This document shows, piece after piece, positions 56,702-64,000 of a stretch of DNA of 64,000 nt (within the stretch, counting starts at the first letter, position 1; every line of letters begins with the position of its first letter). Both the position numbers and the translations under genes were made by a program. The notes under the pieces are model-generated. The model worked only from the letters and a program-made list of their open reading frames with translations, did no database searches and was not told the origin of the DNA. The stretch is from NCBI GenBank assembly GCA_031374115.1, contig JANMNO010000016.1, forward strand, positions 14,999 to 78,998, in the 5' to 3' direction. Source of the stretch: Hyphomicrobiaceae bacterium (lineage in GTDB: Bacteria; Pseudomonadota; Alphaproteobacteria; Rhizobiales; Hyphomicrobiaceae).

Positions 56702-57954
56702 GATGCACCATCCAGAGCAAGTTTGAGTTCGGGCCTGCTTCCCGCATAGTCCGCGAGCGTTGATCCGCTGACGGCCGCCTCCCAGGCCTGGCGCAGTGCC
56801 GCAACGCCCTGCGCCGGCCCTCCGGGATGCGCCATGATGGCACCGCCTGCGGTGACGATCAGATCGGTCGATTTCAGTGCCGCGTAAGTTGCTGGCGCTT
56901 GCCTGGCCGACTGACCTGACGAGAACACCGGCATCACGAGGCACGGCTTGTCGGGAAACAAGGGCGTCAAGCATGCGCGTGCAGAGTGGACAACGCTGTC
57001 GTCTGCCTCAGAGAATTTGCTCACAAGCCCGTTGACGTGCATGTGGTCGGCACCGGCGAGTCGCCAGACCTTGTGCCAAGCGACGTAGGACCAGCCCAGC
57101 ATCGGATGCCGCGAGAGGTATCCCCAGCCGTTGCGGTGGGCGTGGATCGGCAGGTTGGCAAAGCGGGCCAGCGCGATGAAGCCCGTGAGCCCGACCGAGT
57201 TGAGGCTCACCATCAGACATGTTGCGCGATGTTTCAACAGAAAGTCATGCCGGCGGCGCATTTCATCGATGTCGCCGGTGAGGTTGAATGCGTACATGAC
57301 CTTCTTACCCGCACGATCGGCAGCCGCTTCGATCACGCGCATTACGGCGCGCACGCGATCCTCGAACGGGCAAGCGGGGCCGTCGGCCTGTAGTTCGTCG
57401 TCCTTGACGAAGTCGATGCCGGCCTCGCAAAGCTTCGCGACGAGGGCTGCGGTCTCCTCGGCGCGAAGGCCGACGCTCGGCTTGATGATCGTGCCGATCA
57501 CCGGTCCGTCGGCGAGCCCCAGCAGCCTGCGGGTGCCAGCGATGCCGAACTGCGGTCCCGGATAGGCGTGTGCGAATGCAAACGGCAGGCGAAGTTCGAG
57601 CAGCTTGAGGCCCGTCACCTCCCTGAGCTCAAACAGATTGCCGGCAACAGTCGCGAGCAGGTTCGGCAGGGAGGGGCCGAGATTGTCGACGGGCCAAGAA
57701 ATTGTCACCAGCGCGCGGCGAACGGGGCGGTCGGCCGGGACACCCTGCGATGGGAGCGAGGGGCCCGCGTCCGTCCCATCGAGAACTGAGATGTGCTCGA
57801 CCCGAGCGGCCGCGCGCGACTTGAGTTCCGGCGTCTCTCCTGGGACTGGAACAAACGTCCCACTCGACTGCTCGCCAGCCATCGTCTCGGCAACGCGGCG
57901 CGGGTCGTACGGCGTCTCGAGCAGGTAGTCGGCCTCGATGCGGGTCACACTCAC
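56698..57954 (-). CDS. RuBisCO-like protein (form IV RuBisCO large-subunit homologue)
   Basis: GTG at 57954 (AAGGA RBS). IKPSVGL, GIDFVKDDE (carbamyl-Lys/Mg ligands kept), IHAHRNG, and PVFSSGQSA / AGGAIMAHPGG replace the canonical RuBisCO P-binding motifs. Confidence 0.85.
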   Translation of the reverse strand: MSVTRIEADYLLETPYDPRRVAETMAGEQSSGTFVPVPGETPELKSRAAARVEHISVLDGTDAGPSLPSQGVPADRPVRRALVTISWPVDNLGPSLPNLLATVAGNLFELREVTGLKLLELRLPFAFAHAYPGPQFGIAGTRRLLGLADGPVIGTIIKPSVGLRAEETAALVAKLCEAGIDFVKDDELQADGPACPFEDRVRAVMRVIEAAADRAGKKVMYAFNLTGDIDEMRRRHDFLLKHRATCLMVSLNSVGLTGFIALARFANLPIHAHRNGWGYLSRHPMLGWSYVAWHKVWRLAGADHMHVNGLVSKFSEADDSVVHSARACLTPLFPDKPCLVMPVFSSGQSARQAPATYAALKSTDLIVTAGGAIMAHPGGPAQGVAALRQAWEAAVSGSTLADYAGSRPELKLALDGAS

Positions 57955-58078
57955 GGGTCGATCCTTATGGGCAGGGCGGCGCCGTTCGTGACCTCCGGCC
58001 AAGCCGAATTCCTCCTCGGCTATCCATGCACGTCGGGCTACGACGATGTGCATCCGGCGAATAGCAATTCACTTCCAA

Positions 58079-58097
58079 ATGCCGCACGTTTCCGCAT
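58079..58097. promoter_or_regulatory. LysR-type T-N11-A box candidate (ATGC-N11-GCAT)
   Basis: ATGC (58079-82), an 11-nt spacer, then GCAT (58094-97). It lies in the divergent region between the RLP operon and the LysR gene. Confidence 0.3.
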
Positions 58098-58212
58098 AAC
58101 CTCATTAGCTTGAAGACGACAACTTCTTCTCTGTTACACGGAGTTTCAGCCGCGGCATACCAGAGATCCCTACACAGCCATGTGAGGAAAACTGACATCC
58201 GCTGAGGTCGCC

Positions 58213-59103
58213 ATGCCGGTTCCGCGATTACCGCTAAATGCGCTCCGCGCCTTCGAGGCCGCCGTGCGCCTCGGCAGCATGAGTGCCGCAGCAATCGAGC
58301 TCGGCGTCACACATGGCGCGGTCAGCCGTCACGTGAAGACGCTCGAGGATCAGTTCGGTATGCCGCTGCTCAGGCGCTTGTCGCAGAGCGTCGAGCCCTC
58401 GCCGGAAGGCGAGCAACTAGCCGCGTCGCTGAAGGAATCGTTTTCCACAATGCATCTCGCGGTCTCCCGTCTGCAACCGGGACCGCTGACGCTGTCGTGC
58501 TCCTCCACGATCATGATGTACTGGCTGCTACCGCGGCTCGAACGGTTCAAGCATGCTAACCCCGGAATCGAGCTTTGTCTCAACGTCAGTTTCGGCAAGG
58601 TCGACTTCATCCGTGACGAGATCAGTGTTGCGATCCGCACCACCATGTACGAGCCGCCCGCGTTAGCGATCAGGCTTCCGTTGATCGCCGAGGAGATCGG
58701 GCCGATTTGTCATCCGAGCTACGCAAGCCAGCGCCCTCTCAAGACCCTAGACGACCTGCAGCGAGCGCGACTGCTGGTCGCCGCAACCCGTCCCAATGCC
58801 TGGAGCGAGTGGTCGGCCGCGATCGGCCGTCCGGACCTCACCCTGAAACCTCAAGAGACGTTCGAGCACTTCTATCTGGCGATCCAGGCGGCCGCATGCG
58901 GCCTCGGGTTTGCTCTGGCGCCCCGCATCCTGGCCGAAACCTATATTCAATCCGGCCACGTTTTGGCCCCCTTCGGATTTTGCGAAGGTCCACACCGATA
59001 CGAGATGTGGATCGCGCCCCACGTCAGGGCGCGGGCCGATCTCCGACTGCTCGCTGACTGGCTCAAATGCGAGATGCAGGCGTCGAGAGCGCCCACGAGG
59101 TGA
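58213..59103 (+). CDS. LysR-family transcriptional regulator
   Basis: N-terminal wHTH LNALRAFEAAVRLGSMSAAAIELGVTHGAVSRHVKTLE followed by a LysR substrate-binding domain. Confidence 0.9.
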   Translation: MPVPRLPLNALRAFEAAVRLGSMSAAAIELGVTHGAVSRHVKTLEDQFGMPLLRRLSQSVEPSPEGEQLAASLKESFSTMHLAVSRLQPGPLTLSCSSTIMMYWLLPRLERFKHANPGIELCLNVSFGKVDFIRDEISVAIRTTMYEPPALAIRLPLIAEEIGPICHPSYASQRPLKTLDDLQRARLLVAATRPNAWSEWSAAIGRPDLTLKPQETFEHFYLAIQAAACGLGFALAPRILAETYIQSGHVLAPFGFCEGPHRYEMWIAPHVRARADLRLLADWLKCEMQASRAPTR

Positions 59104-59350
59104 GCCATGTCCGCGCTCGTCGGCGTCCTCCTCGACCGCACACACGTCAGGCACTGCTCCAGGTTTTCTCACACCCCCGTGAGCCGATCTGCAGTGGCGT
59201 CGGTGCATCATCCGCGCTAGCGTCCAATCCTAAAAAGACGGCGGCGAGATCGTAGTTTTTTCTGCGCATTCGCCTGATGCCGGATCATGGCACTGGTTGG
59301 AGTCGCACCTTCGCCCTCCGGCCCCGCATTAATAATAGAGGAAACAAACT

Positions 59351-60457
59351 ATGACACTGTCCCGATGGGTCACCGGTATGGCGGCCGTGGTTGCATTTGC
59401 GGCCATGACCGTTGCGCCGGTTGCTGCTCAGAGCCCGCAGAAATTGCGCGTCCAGTCGACGTTCCCCCCCGCGAGCCTCTTCACTGACACGCTCAACTAC
59501 TGGGCCGAGCGAGTGAAGACGCTTTCTGGCGGACGCCTTGAAATCGAAGTTCTGGCGACCGGCACGCTGGTGCCGGCGTTCGAAGTGCTCGACGCCACCC
59601 ACAAGAAGGTGATCGACGGCGGCCACAGCGCACCGGCCTACTGGGTTGGCAAGAACCGTGCCGCGACCCTGTTCGGTCCCACGCCGGGCGGTCCGTTTGG
59701 CATGGACATGATGGACTACATGGGCTGGATCTACGATGGTGGCGGCCTCCAGCTCTACCACGAGTTTTATCAGGACGTGCTTAAGCGCGACGTGGTGGCC
59801 TTTCCGCTGCACGCCGCTGCCAACCAAGTTCTAGGCTGGTTCAAGCGCCCGATCACAGGTTGGGACGACCTTAAGGGCCGCAAGTGCCGGCAGACCGGCA
59901 TCACCGCCGAGGTCTTCAGCAAGGCCGGCATGGCACCCGTCAACATGCCGGGCGGCGAGATCGTGCCAGCCGGCGAGCGCGGCGTAATCGAGTGCGCGGA
60001 GTGGGTCGGACCCGCCGAGGACGTCAAGGTTGGTATGCAGACGGTGTGGAAGCACTTCTACATGCCCTCCACCCACGAGCCCGCCACTGTCGTCGAGTTG
60101 CTGATCAACGGCGACGTTTGGAAGAAGCTGCCGCCGGACCTCCAGGCGATCGTCTCTTCAGCCACCATTGAAGCGACGTTCCGCTCGCAGTGGTATGTCA
60201 ACCGGCTCAACGCCGAGGCGCTGAAGGACCTGCGTGAGAAGCACAACGTGAAGATCGAACGCACGCCCGACGACATTCTGCGCAAGACGCTTGAGGCCTG
60301 GGACGAGATTGCGAAGGACGAGGCAGCAAAGAGCCCGTTCTTTAAGAAGGTTTACGAGTCCCAACGGTCCTATGCCGCCCAAGTCGTCCCTGCGCGGCGC
60401 GCGGTGATTCTGCCCTACGCGGCTAGTGCCGACTACTACTGGCCCGAGAAGAAGTAG
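59351..60457 (+). CDS. TRAP transporter solute-binding subunit (DctP superfamily)
   Basis: Signal peptide ...VAPVAAQS. Followed by the small and large TRAP membrane subunits. Confidence 0.85.
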   Translation: MTLSRWVTGMAAVVAFAAMTVAPVAAQSPQKLRVQSTFPPASLFTDTLNYWAERVKTLSGGRLEIEVLATGTLVPAFEVLDATHKKVIDGGHSAPAYWVGKNRAATLFGPTPGGPFGMDMMDYMGWIYDGGGLQLYHEFYQDVLKRDVVAFPLHAAANQVLGWFKRPITGWDDLKGRKCRQTGITAEVFSKAGMAPVNMPGGEIVPAGERGVIECAEWVGPAEDVKVGMQTVWKHFYMPSTHEPATVVELLINGDVWKKLPPDLQAIVSSATIEATFRSQWYVNRLNAEALKDLREKHNVKIERTPDDILRKTLEAWDEIAKDEAAKSPFFKKVYESQRSYAAQVVPARRAVILPYAASADYYWPEKK

Positions 60458-60529
60458 TTTGCTTTCGGCAGGGCTGCGGGCAACCGCGGCCCTGTGCTCC
60501 TCTGTAAGGGTGTCCGAGGAAGTTGACCC

Positions 60530-61105
60530 ATGTCCATCGAGCAGCCAGGCTCGGGCGCGCTACAGCCGTCCCGGGGATACCTCGCGGTCATTCGCACAAT
60601 TGATCGGATCACCGAATGGACCGGTTACCTCTTCACGTTGTTGATCATACCTCTGGTACTGGCCAACGTCGTCGAGGTCTTCATGCGGTATGTGCTTAAT
60701 CAGCCCACGGCGTGGGCGCTCGATGTGACGACGATGTCGTTTGGCGCCCTGTTCATGCTCGGATCTGCCTATGCCCTGATGAAAGGAGCACATGTGCGCA
60801 CCGACATGTTCTGGGAGACATTCTCCGACCGCAAGAAGGGGATCATCGACAGCGTCGCCTACTTGCTGCTGTTCCTGCCGTCGATGGTTCTGCTGTTCAT
60901 CATCTCGGTCGACGACTTCCTTTATGCCCTCGAGATCAATGAAAAGGCGCCGAGCGTGTGGGCGCCCATCATCTGGCCACTGCGTGCAGTCGTGCCAATG
61001 ACCGCTCTCTTTCTTTTCATGCAGGGCATTTCCGAACTGATGAAGAGCCTGTGGGCCGCGAAGAGCGGCAAGCAACTAGTGCAGCACGAGAAGATCGAGA
61101 TTTAA
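60530..61105 (+). CDS. TRAP transporter small permease subunit (DctQ-like)
   Basis: 191-aa protein with 4 TM segments, located between the SBP and the large permease. Confidence 0.8.
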   Translation: MSIEQPGSGALQPSRGYLAVIRTIDRITEWTGYLFTLLIIPLVLANVVEVFMRYVLNQPTAWALDVTTMSFGALFMLGSAYALMKGAHVRTDMFWETFSDRKKGIIDSVAYLLLFLPSMVLLFIISVDDFLYALEINEKAPSVWAPIIWPLRAVVPMTALFLFMQGISELMKSLWAAKSGKQLVQHEKIEI

Positions 61106-61115
61106 GGCATCGCGC

Positions 61116-62453
61116 ATGAGCTTCAACGAGATACTCGGCCTCCTTATGCTGTTCAGCATGCTGGGCGTCATTTTCCTTGGCTTTCCGATCTCATTCACGC
61201 TGCTCTTTCTCGCGTTCGTGTTCGGATCGATCGGTATCGGCGCGGATCAGACCTTCAACCTCGCCTACCTGCAAATATGGGGCACGATGAAGGACGACAT
61301 CCTTCCCGCGGTGCCTCTGTTCATTTTCATGGGTTACATGACGGAGCAGGCAGGCCTGATGGAGCGCCTGTTCTTGGCGTTGCGGCACCTGCTGGCTCCG
61401 GTCCGCGGATCGCTCTATCTGGCCGTCATCCTCACGGCCACGATCTTTGCAATGGCGACAGGCATTGTCGGTGCGGCCGTGACCGTACTCGGGATCATGG
61501 CCGGGCCGATCATGATCAAGTGTGGATACGATGCTAAACTGTCCGCAGGCGCCATTGCGGCAGGTGGCACCCTCGGCATCCTCATCCCGCCGAGCGTGAT
61601 GCTGGTCGTGATGGGGCCGACGCTCGGTGTGCCCGTAAATCAGCTGTACTCAGCCGCTTTCGTTCCCGGCTTTCTCCTGGCGGGGATGTACATCGTCTAC
61701 TGTATGACACGCAGCTTTATCGATCCGAGCCTCGGGCCGCCCGTTCCTAAGGAGGAGCGGATCGAGAATTACTGGCTGGTGGTCAAGGAAGTGCTCATCG
61801 GCGTAGTGCCCCTCGCCGGCCTTATCTCCTTCACGCTTGGCACCATCTTGCTCGGTCTTGCAACGCCCACTGAAGCCGCATCGTGCGGCGCCTTCGGCGC
61901 GATGTTTCTTGCGCTGATCTACGGCAAGTTGACGCCGACCGCGGTGAAGAATGCCGCAATCGCGACCATGGTCACGTCAAGCATGGTTCTGCTGCTCGCG
62001 GTAGCCTCGAACGTGTTTGGCGCGATTTTCACGCGACTCGGCACCGCTGGCCTCATTACTAACTCGCTCGTCGCGCTGCCGCTGACCGACTGGTGGAAGC
62101 TCGGTCTCATCATGGTGCTGATCTTCCTGCTGGGTTGGCCCTTCGAGTGGCCGGCGATTGTCCTCGTTTTCCTGCCGATTTTCCTTCCGGTGGTCCAGAA
62201 GCTCAACCTTGGCCTCGATAAAGTCGATCTGATGATCTGGTTCGGGGCAATCGTTGCGGTCAATCTGCAGACGGCGTTCCTCAGTCCGCCCGTTGCCATG
62301 TCGGCCTACTTCCTGCGCAACGTCGTACCGCAATGGAGCCTGTCGACCATCTATAGGGGGATGGCGAACTTCATGGTGATCCAAGTTCTCTGCCTGATCG
62401 CCTTGATCGTGTGGCCAGACATCGTCCTATGGTTGCCACGCCTGCTGCGCTGA
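61116..62453 (+). CDS. TRAP transporter large permease subunit (DctM-like)
   Basis: 445-aa polytopic protein with typical DctM blocks (AVPLFIFMGYM..., GGTLGILIPPS). Confidence 0.9.
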   Translation: MSFNEILGLLMLFSMLGVIFLGFPISFTLLFLAFVFGSIGIGADQTFNLAYLQIWGTMKDDILPAVPLFIFMGYMTEQAGLMERLFLALRHLLAPVRGSLYLAVILTATIFAMATGIVGAAVTVLGIMAGPIMIKCGYDAKLSAGAIAAGGTLGILIPPSVMLVVMGPTLGVPVNQLYSAAFVPGFLLAGMYIVYCMTRSFIDPSLGPPVPKEERIENYWLVVKEVLIGVVPLAGLISFTLGTILLGLATPTEAASCGAFGAMFLALIYGKLTPTAVKNAAIATMVTSSMVLLLAVASNVFGAIFTRLGTAGLITNSLVALPLTDWWKLGLIMVLIFLLGWPFEWPAIVLVFLPIFLPVVQKLNLGLDKVDLMIWFGAIVAVNLQTAFLSPPVAMSAYFLRNVVPQWSLSTIYRGMANFMVIQVLCLIALIVWPDIVLWLPRLLR

Positions 62454-62476
62454 CGTAACGATCCGGACCAAGACCC

Positions 62477-63373
62477 ATGACGGATACTTCCGTTTTCTCC
62501 CATGGCTATGCCGATGTCGGCGAGGTGCTGCTCCACTATGTGGTGGCTGGCAATGGCCCACCGGTTGTTTTGCTGCATGGCTGGCCGATGACGTGGTGGT
62601 CGTGGCGTCACGTGATCCCGCGCCTCGCTCGTCAGTACACGGTCATCGCGCCGGATCTGCGCGGCCTCGGAGACTCCTCGCGTCCCTCCACCGGCTACGA
62701 CAAGAAGACGATCGCCGAGGACGTGTGGCGTCTCGTCCATGACAAGCTTGGATATCAAACTTTCTTTCTCGTCGGCCACGACTGGGGCGGACCGACAGCC
62801 TTCGCCCTTGCCGCGGCGCACCGCGAGGCCGTTCGACGTCTCGTCATCATCGACGTCGTGATCCCCGGCGACGGCGCCGATTTCAGCCAGGGCGGGCGGC
62901 GATGGCATCACCAGTTCCATATCACGCCGGACCTGCCGGAGGCGCTGACCCAAGGCCGCGAGGACATCTATCTCGGATGGTTCTTCCGCACGTTTGCGCT
63001 CAGGCCCGACGCGGTCAGCCCCGACGACATGGCAGAGTACCTGCGCACGTACCGGCAGCCCGGCGCCATGCGTGCCGGCTTCGAATACTACCGTGCGCTC
63101 GATCGGGACGCGGCCGCCAACAGCGCTGAGATCAAAGCACGCGGACCACTGATGATGCCGGTGCTGGCGATCGGTGGCGCAGCCGGATATCCGCACGCGC
63201 GTGGTCGCGGAACCGAGCCCGAGCACTCCTTGCGCCAAGTTGCGCGCGACGTTCGCGGCCTGGTCATCCCGGAGTGCGGGCATCAGGTTCCCGAAGAGCA
63301 GCCGGGACGACTGGCCGATGCCCTCGAAGCTTTCTTCGCCGAAGACGCCCCGCCGGGCACAAGACGCACCTGA
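62477..63373 (+). CDS. alpha/beta-fold hydrolase with Asp nucleophile (epoxide hydrolase/haloacetate dehalogenase-like)
   Basis: HGWPMTWWSW oxyanion block and the nucleophile elbow VGHDWGG. Lies 23 nt after the TRAP large subunit. Confidence 0.8.
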   Translation: MTDTSVFSHGYADVGEVLLHYVVAGNGPPVVLLHGWPMTWWSWRHVIPRLARQYTVIAPDLRGLGDSSRPSTGYDKKTIAEDVWRLVHDKLGYQTFFLVGHDWGGPTAFALAAAHREAVRRLVIIDVVIPGDGADFSQGGRRWHHQFHITPDLPEALTQGREDIYLGWFFRTFALRPDAVSPDDMAEYLRTYRQPGAMRAGFEYYRALDRDAAANSAEIKARGPLMMPVLAIGGAAGYPHARGRGTEPEHSLRQVARDVRGLVIPECGHQVPEEQPGRLADALEAFFAEDAPPGTRRT

Positions 63374-63750
63374 GACCGCAGAACAACTCTCACTGATCCG
63401 AGCGAAGCACAGTACTGATGAACCAGCGCACAAAACCTGCTTTCAGATCCTCGGCGAGCCCTGACGTCGGCAAGGGCGAGTTCGAGCGATCTCGCTAGAC
63501 GGCTGTGCGTCCGTCGTCAACTCAACTCGAAGTCGTCTCAAACCTCTGGGGCTCTGGCAAAGGACGGTCGAGTTCGAGAAGATGCGCGCCGCCTAAGGCC
63601 GCTCGTTGTCTCTCTCGCGCGCTCAGGGCGCAACGGTTGAGCGTCGCTGCCATCAAATATTGTCCACAGAAATCCGCAGCCGCCTATTTGACCGTTATAC
63701 GACGTTTGCAGTTTGTCTGGGGTTCTAAAGCGCTAAGTCATTGAAATATA

Positions 63751-63767
63751 TGGCGCACCCGACAGGA
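63751..63767 (-). other. 17-nt fragment identical in form to a tRNA 3' end (TCCTGTCGGGTGCGCCA on the minus strand); possible island attachment-site repeat
   Basis: The plus strand reads TGGCGCACCCGACAGGA. The reverse complement gives the end of a T-stem (CCTGT), a 7-nt acceptor strand (CGGGTGC), discriminator G and CCA. No matching 5' acceptor strand or T-loop lies upstream, so it is not an intact tRNA. Confidence 0.35.
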
Positions 63768-64000
63768 GGACGACAACTCAGACAAATGAATAAGTTAGCA
63801 GTCCCAACCCAAACGGTTGATCTCTACGTGTTCTCGATGTTTTCCAAAATTTTCCCAAACCTGCCCCAACGTGTTGGAGCTTAGCAAACTTCTTCCGGCT
63901 TATCCGTCAAAAGGTTATGTATGGTCTTTGTGCACTAGACGACTTTAAGGGCCCAGCCAGCTTCATTCGCCGTTAACGACCTGATGGCCAACGTCCATGC

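Noticed and set aside
56698-57954. Genuine CO2-fixing RuBisCO large subunit
   Set aside because: There is no small subunit, phosphoribulokinase or cbb context. Several RuBP phosphate-binding and loop-6 motifs are replaced. The gene is coupled to an acid-sugar kinase, as form IV RLPs are.
62351-63433. 360-aa minus-strand ORF opposite the alpha/beta hydrolase gene
   Set aside because: This is the same antisense artefact. The plus-strand hydrolase has clear HGWP and GHDWGG motifs.
63505-63744. 79-aa plus-strand ORF after the hydrolase gene
   Set aside because: It has no RBS. Its Ser/Arg/Ala-rich translation resembles no family, and it sits in what looks like a degraded junction region next to the tRNA-end fragment.

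Overview
GC-rich alphaproteobacterial chromosome segment, Rhizobiales/Bradyrhizobiaceae-like by gene content; GC was judged by eye only. No searches were run. All calls rest on my reading of the supplied ORF translations and the DNA. Start codons were refined by hand from conserved N-termini, RBS spacing and stop/start overlaps. I support about 58 protein genes. Layout: (1) 0-23.4 kb is core housekeeping: peroxiredoxin fragment, aminotransferase, secA, nadD-rsfS-rlmH, argE-like, apaG, acyl-CoA dehydrogenase, Ada-like, rpsB-tsf. It is interspersed with a fused methyltransferase/ATP-grasp gene, a tandem pair of paralogous membrane proteins, a secreted caspase-like protease and a secreted EF-hand protein. 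(2) 23.4-28.3 kb holds an 864-bp non-coding gap with a tandemly duplicated RNA-like module, a strong orphan intrinsic terminator and a 27-codon hydrophobic sORF. This is followed by an ECF sigma/anti-sigma pair convergent with a large subtilase carrying an E/R/K/Q heptad-repeat stalk. (3) 28.3-38.5 kb is metabolic: a formamidase/serine-hydrolase/DgoK/DgoA operon without a dehydratase, divergent from a DSD1-type PLP enzyme; an orphan molybdo-hydroxylase large subunit with a MoaD/ThiS-like GG protein; DUF72; a ThDP enzyme. (4) 38.6-54.4 kb is a roughly 15.7-kb regulator-less catabolic block: TauD-like, acyl-CoA ligase, unknown protein, class II aldolase, PotABCD-type ABC importer, FAD oxidoreductase, ornithine-cyclodeaminase family, hydantoinase B/A. 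It appears bracketed by two decayed transposase/integrase relics. (5) 54.5-63.4 kb is a RuBisCO-like protein/DUF1537 kinase/SDR operon with a divergent LysR regulator, a TRAP transporter and an Asp-nucleophile alpha/beta hydrolase. (6) At 63751 a 17-nt tRNA 3'-end look-alike is followed by AT-rich DNA, a probable genomic-island edge running off the window. No rRNA gene, intact tRNA gene, CRISPR array or intact mobile element was seen. The most novel-looking items are the rpsB-ECF intergenic RNA/sORF module, the ECF/anti-sigma/stalked subtilase neighbourhood (plus the nearby orthocaspase), the relic-flanked catabolic island and the RLP-kinase cluster.
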